A stretch of DNA of 15,123 nt, taken from Atribacterota bacterium. GTDB lineage: Bacteria > Atribacterota > Phoenicimicrobiia > Phoenicimicrobiales > Phoenicimicrobiaceae. Made by a program: the position numbers and the translations under genes. A model generated the notes under the pieces. That model did no database searches. It had not been told where the DNA came from and saw only the letters and a program-made list of their open reading frames with translations. The first letter of the stretch is position 1. Every line of letters begins with the position of its first letter. Positions 14,994-15,123 of the stretch are shown here, piece after piece. The stretch lies in assembly GCA_038203565.1 (NCBI GenBank), contig JBBRDV010000031.1, positions 1 through 15,123 of the forward strand. The letters are read 5' to 3'.

Positions 14994-15108
<115 letters not shown>

Positions 15109-15123
15109 AAATTAAAGAGATGT

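Overview
A low-GC bacterial window in which every real gene lies on the minus strand. Reading from the right end, it holds a 5S rRNA gene, a GTAG-type REP doublet nested in heptamer repeats, a HAD hydrolase and mutM. Next come a sigma70 promoter and a P3-less Moco/Tuco-type riboswitch with terminator. These lead a tungstate-uptake and pterin-cofactor operon (tupABC, moeA, moeA-PBP fusion, moaA, moaC, MOSC protein, mog/moaB, rnz). A single-cluster ferredoxin with its own promoter and terminator follows. The left ~3 kb is an accessory segment: a doubly deleted proline iminopeptidase pseudogene and a secreted beta-lactamase-family serine hydrolase. It is bracketed by direct copies of a small palindrome (AAATGGGATGTGTCCCTATTTT) and sits next to an 87-bp element with perfect 30-bp inverted repeats. 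The most interesting unexplained structures are (i) this repeat-bounded, cassette-like segment, (ii) the riboswitch expression platform, which combines a terminator/antiterminator with an SD-led Met-Asp-stop minigene, and (iii) recurring intergenic 7-nt-period repeats. Gene content suggests an anaerobe using tungsten enzymes. Taxonomy cannot be fixed from the sequence alone.
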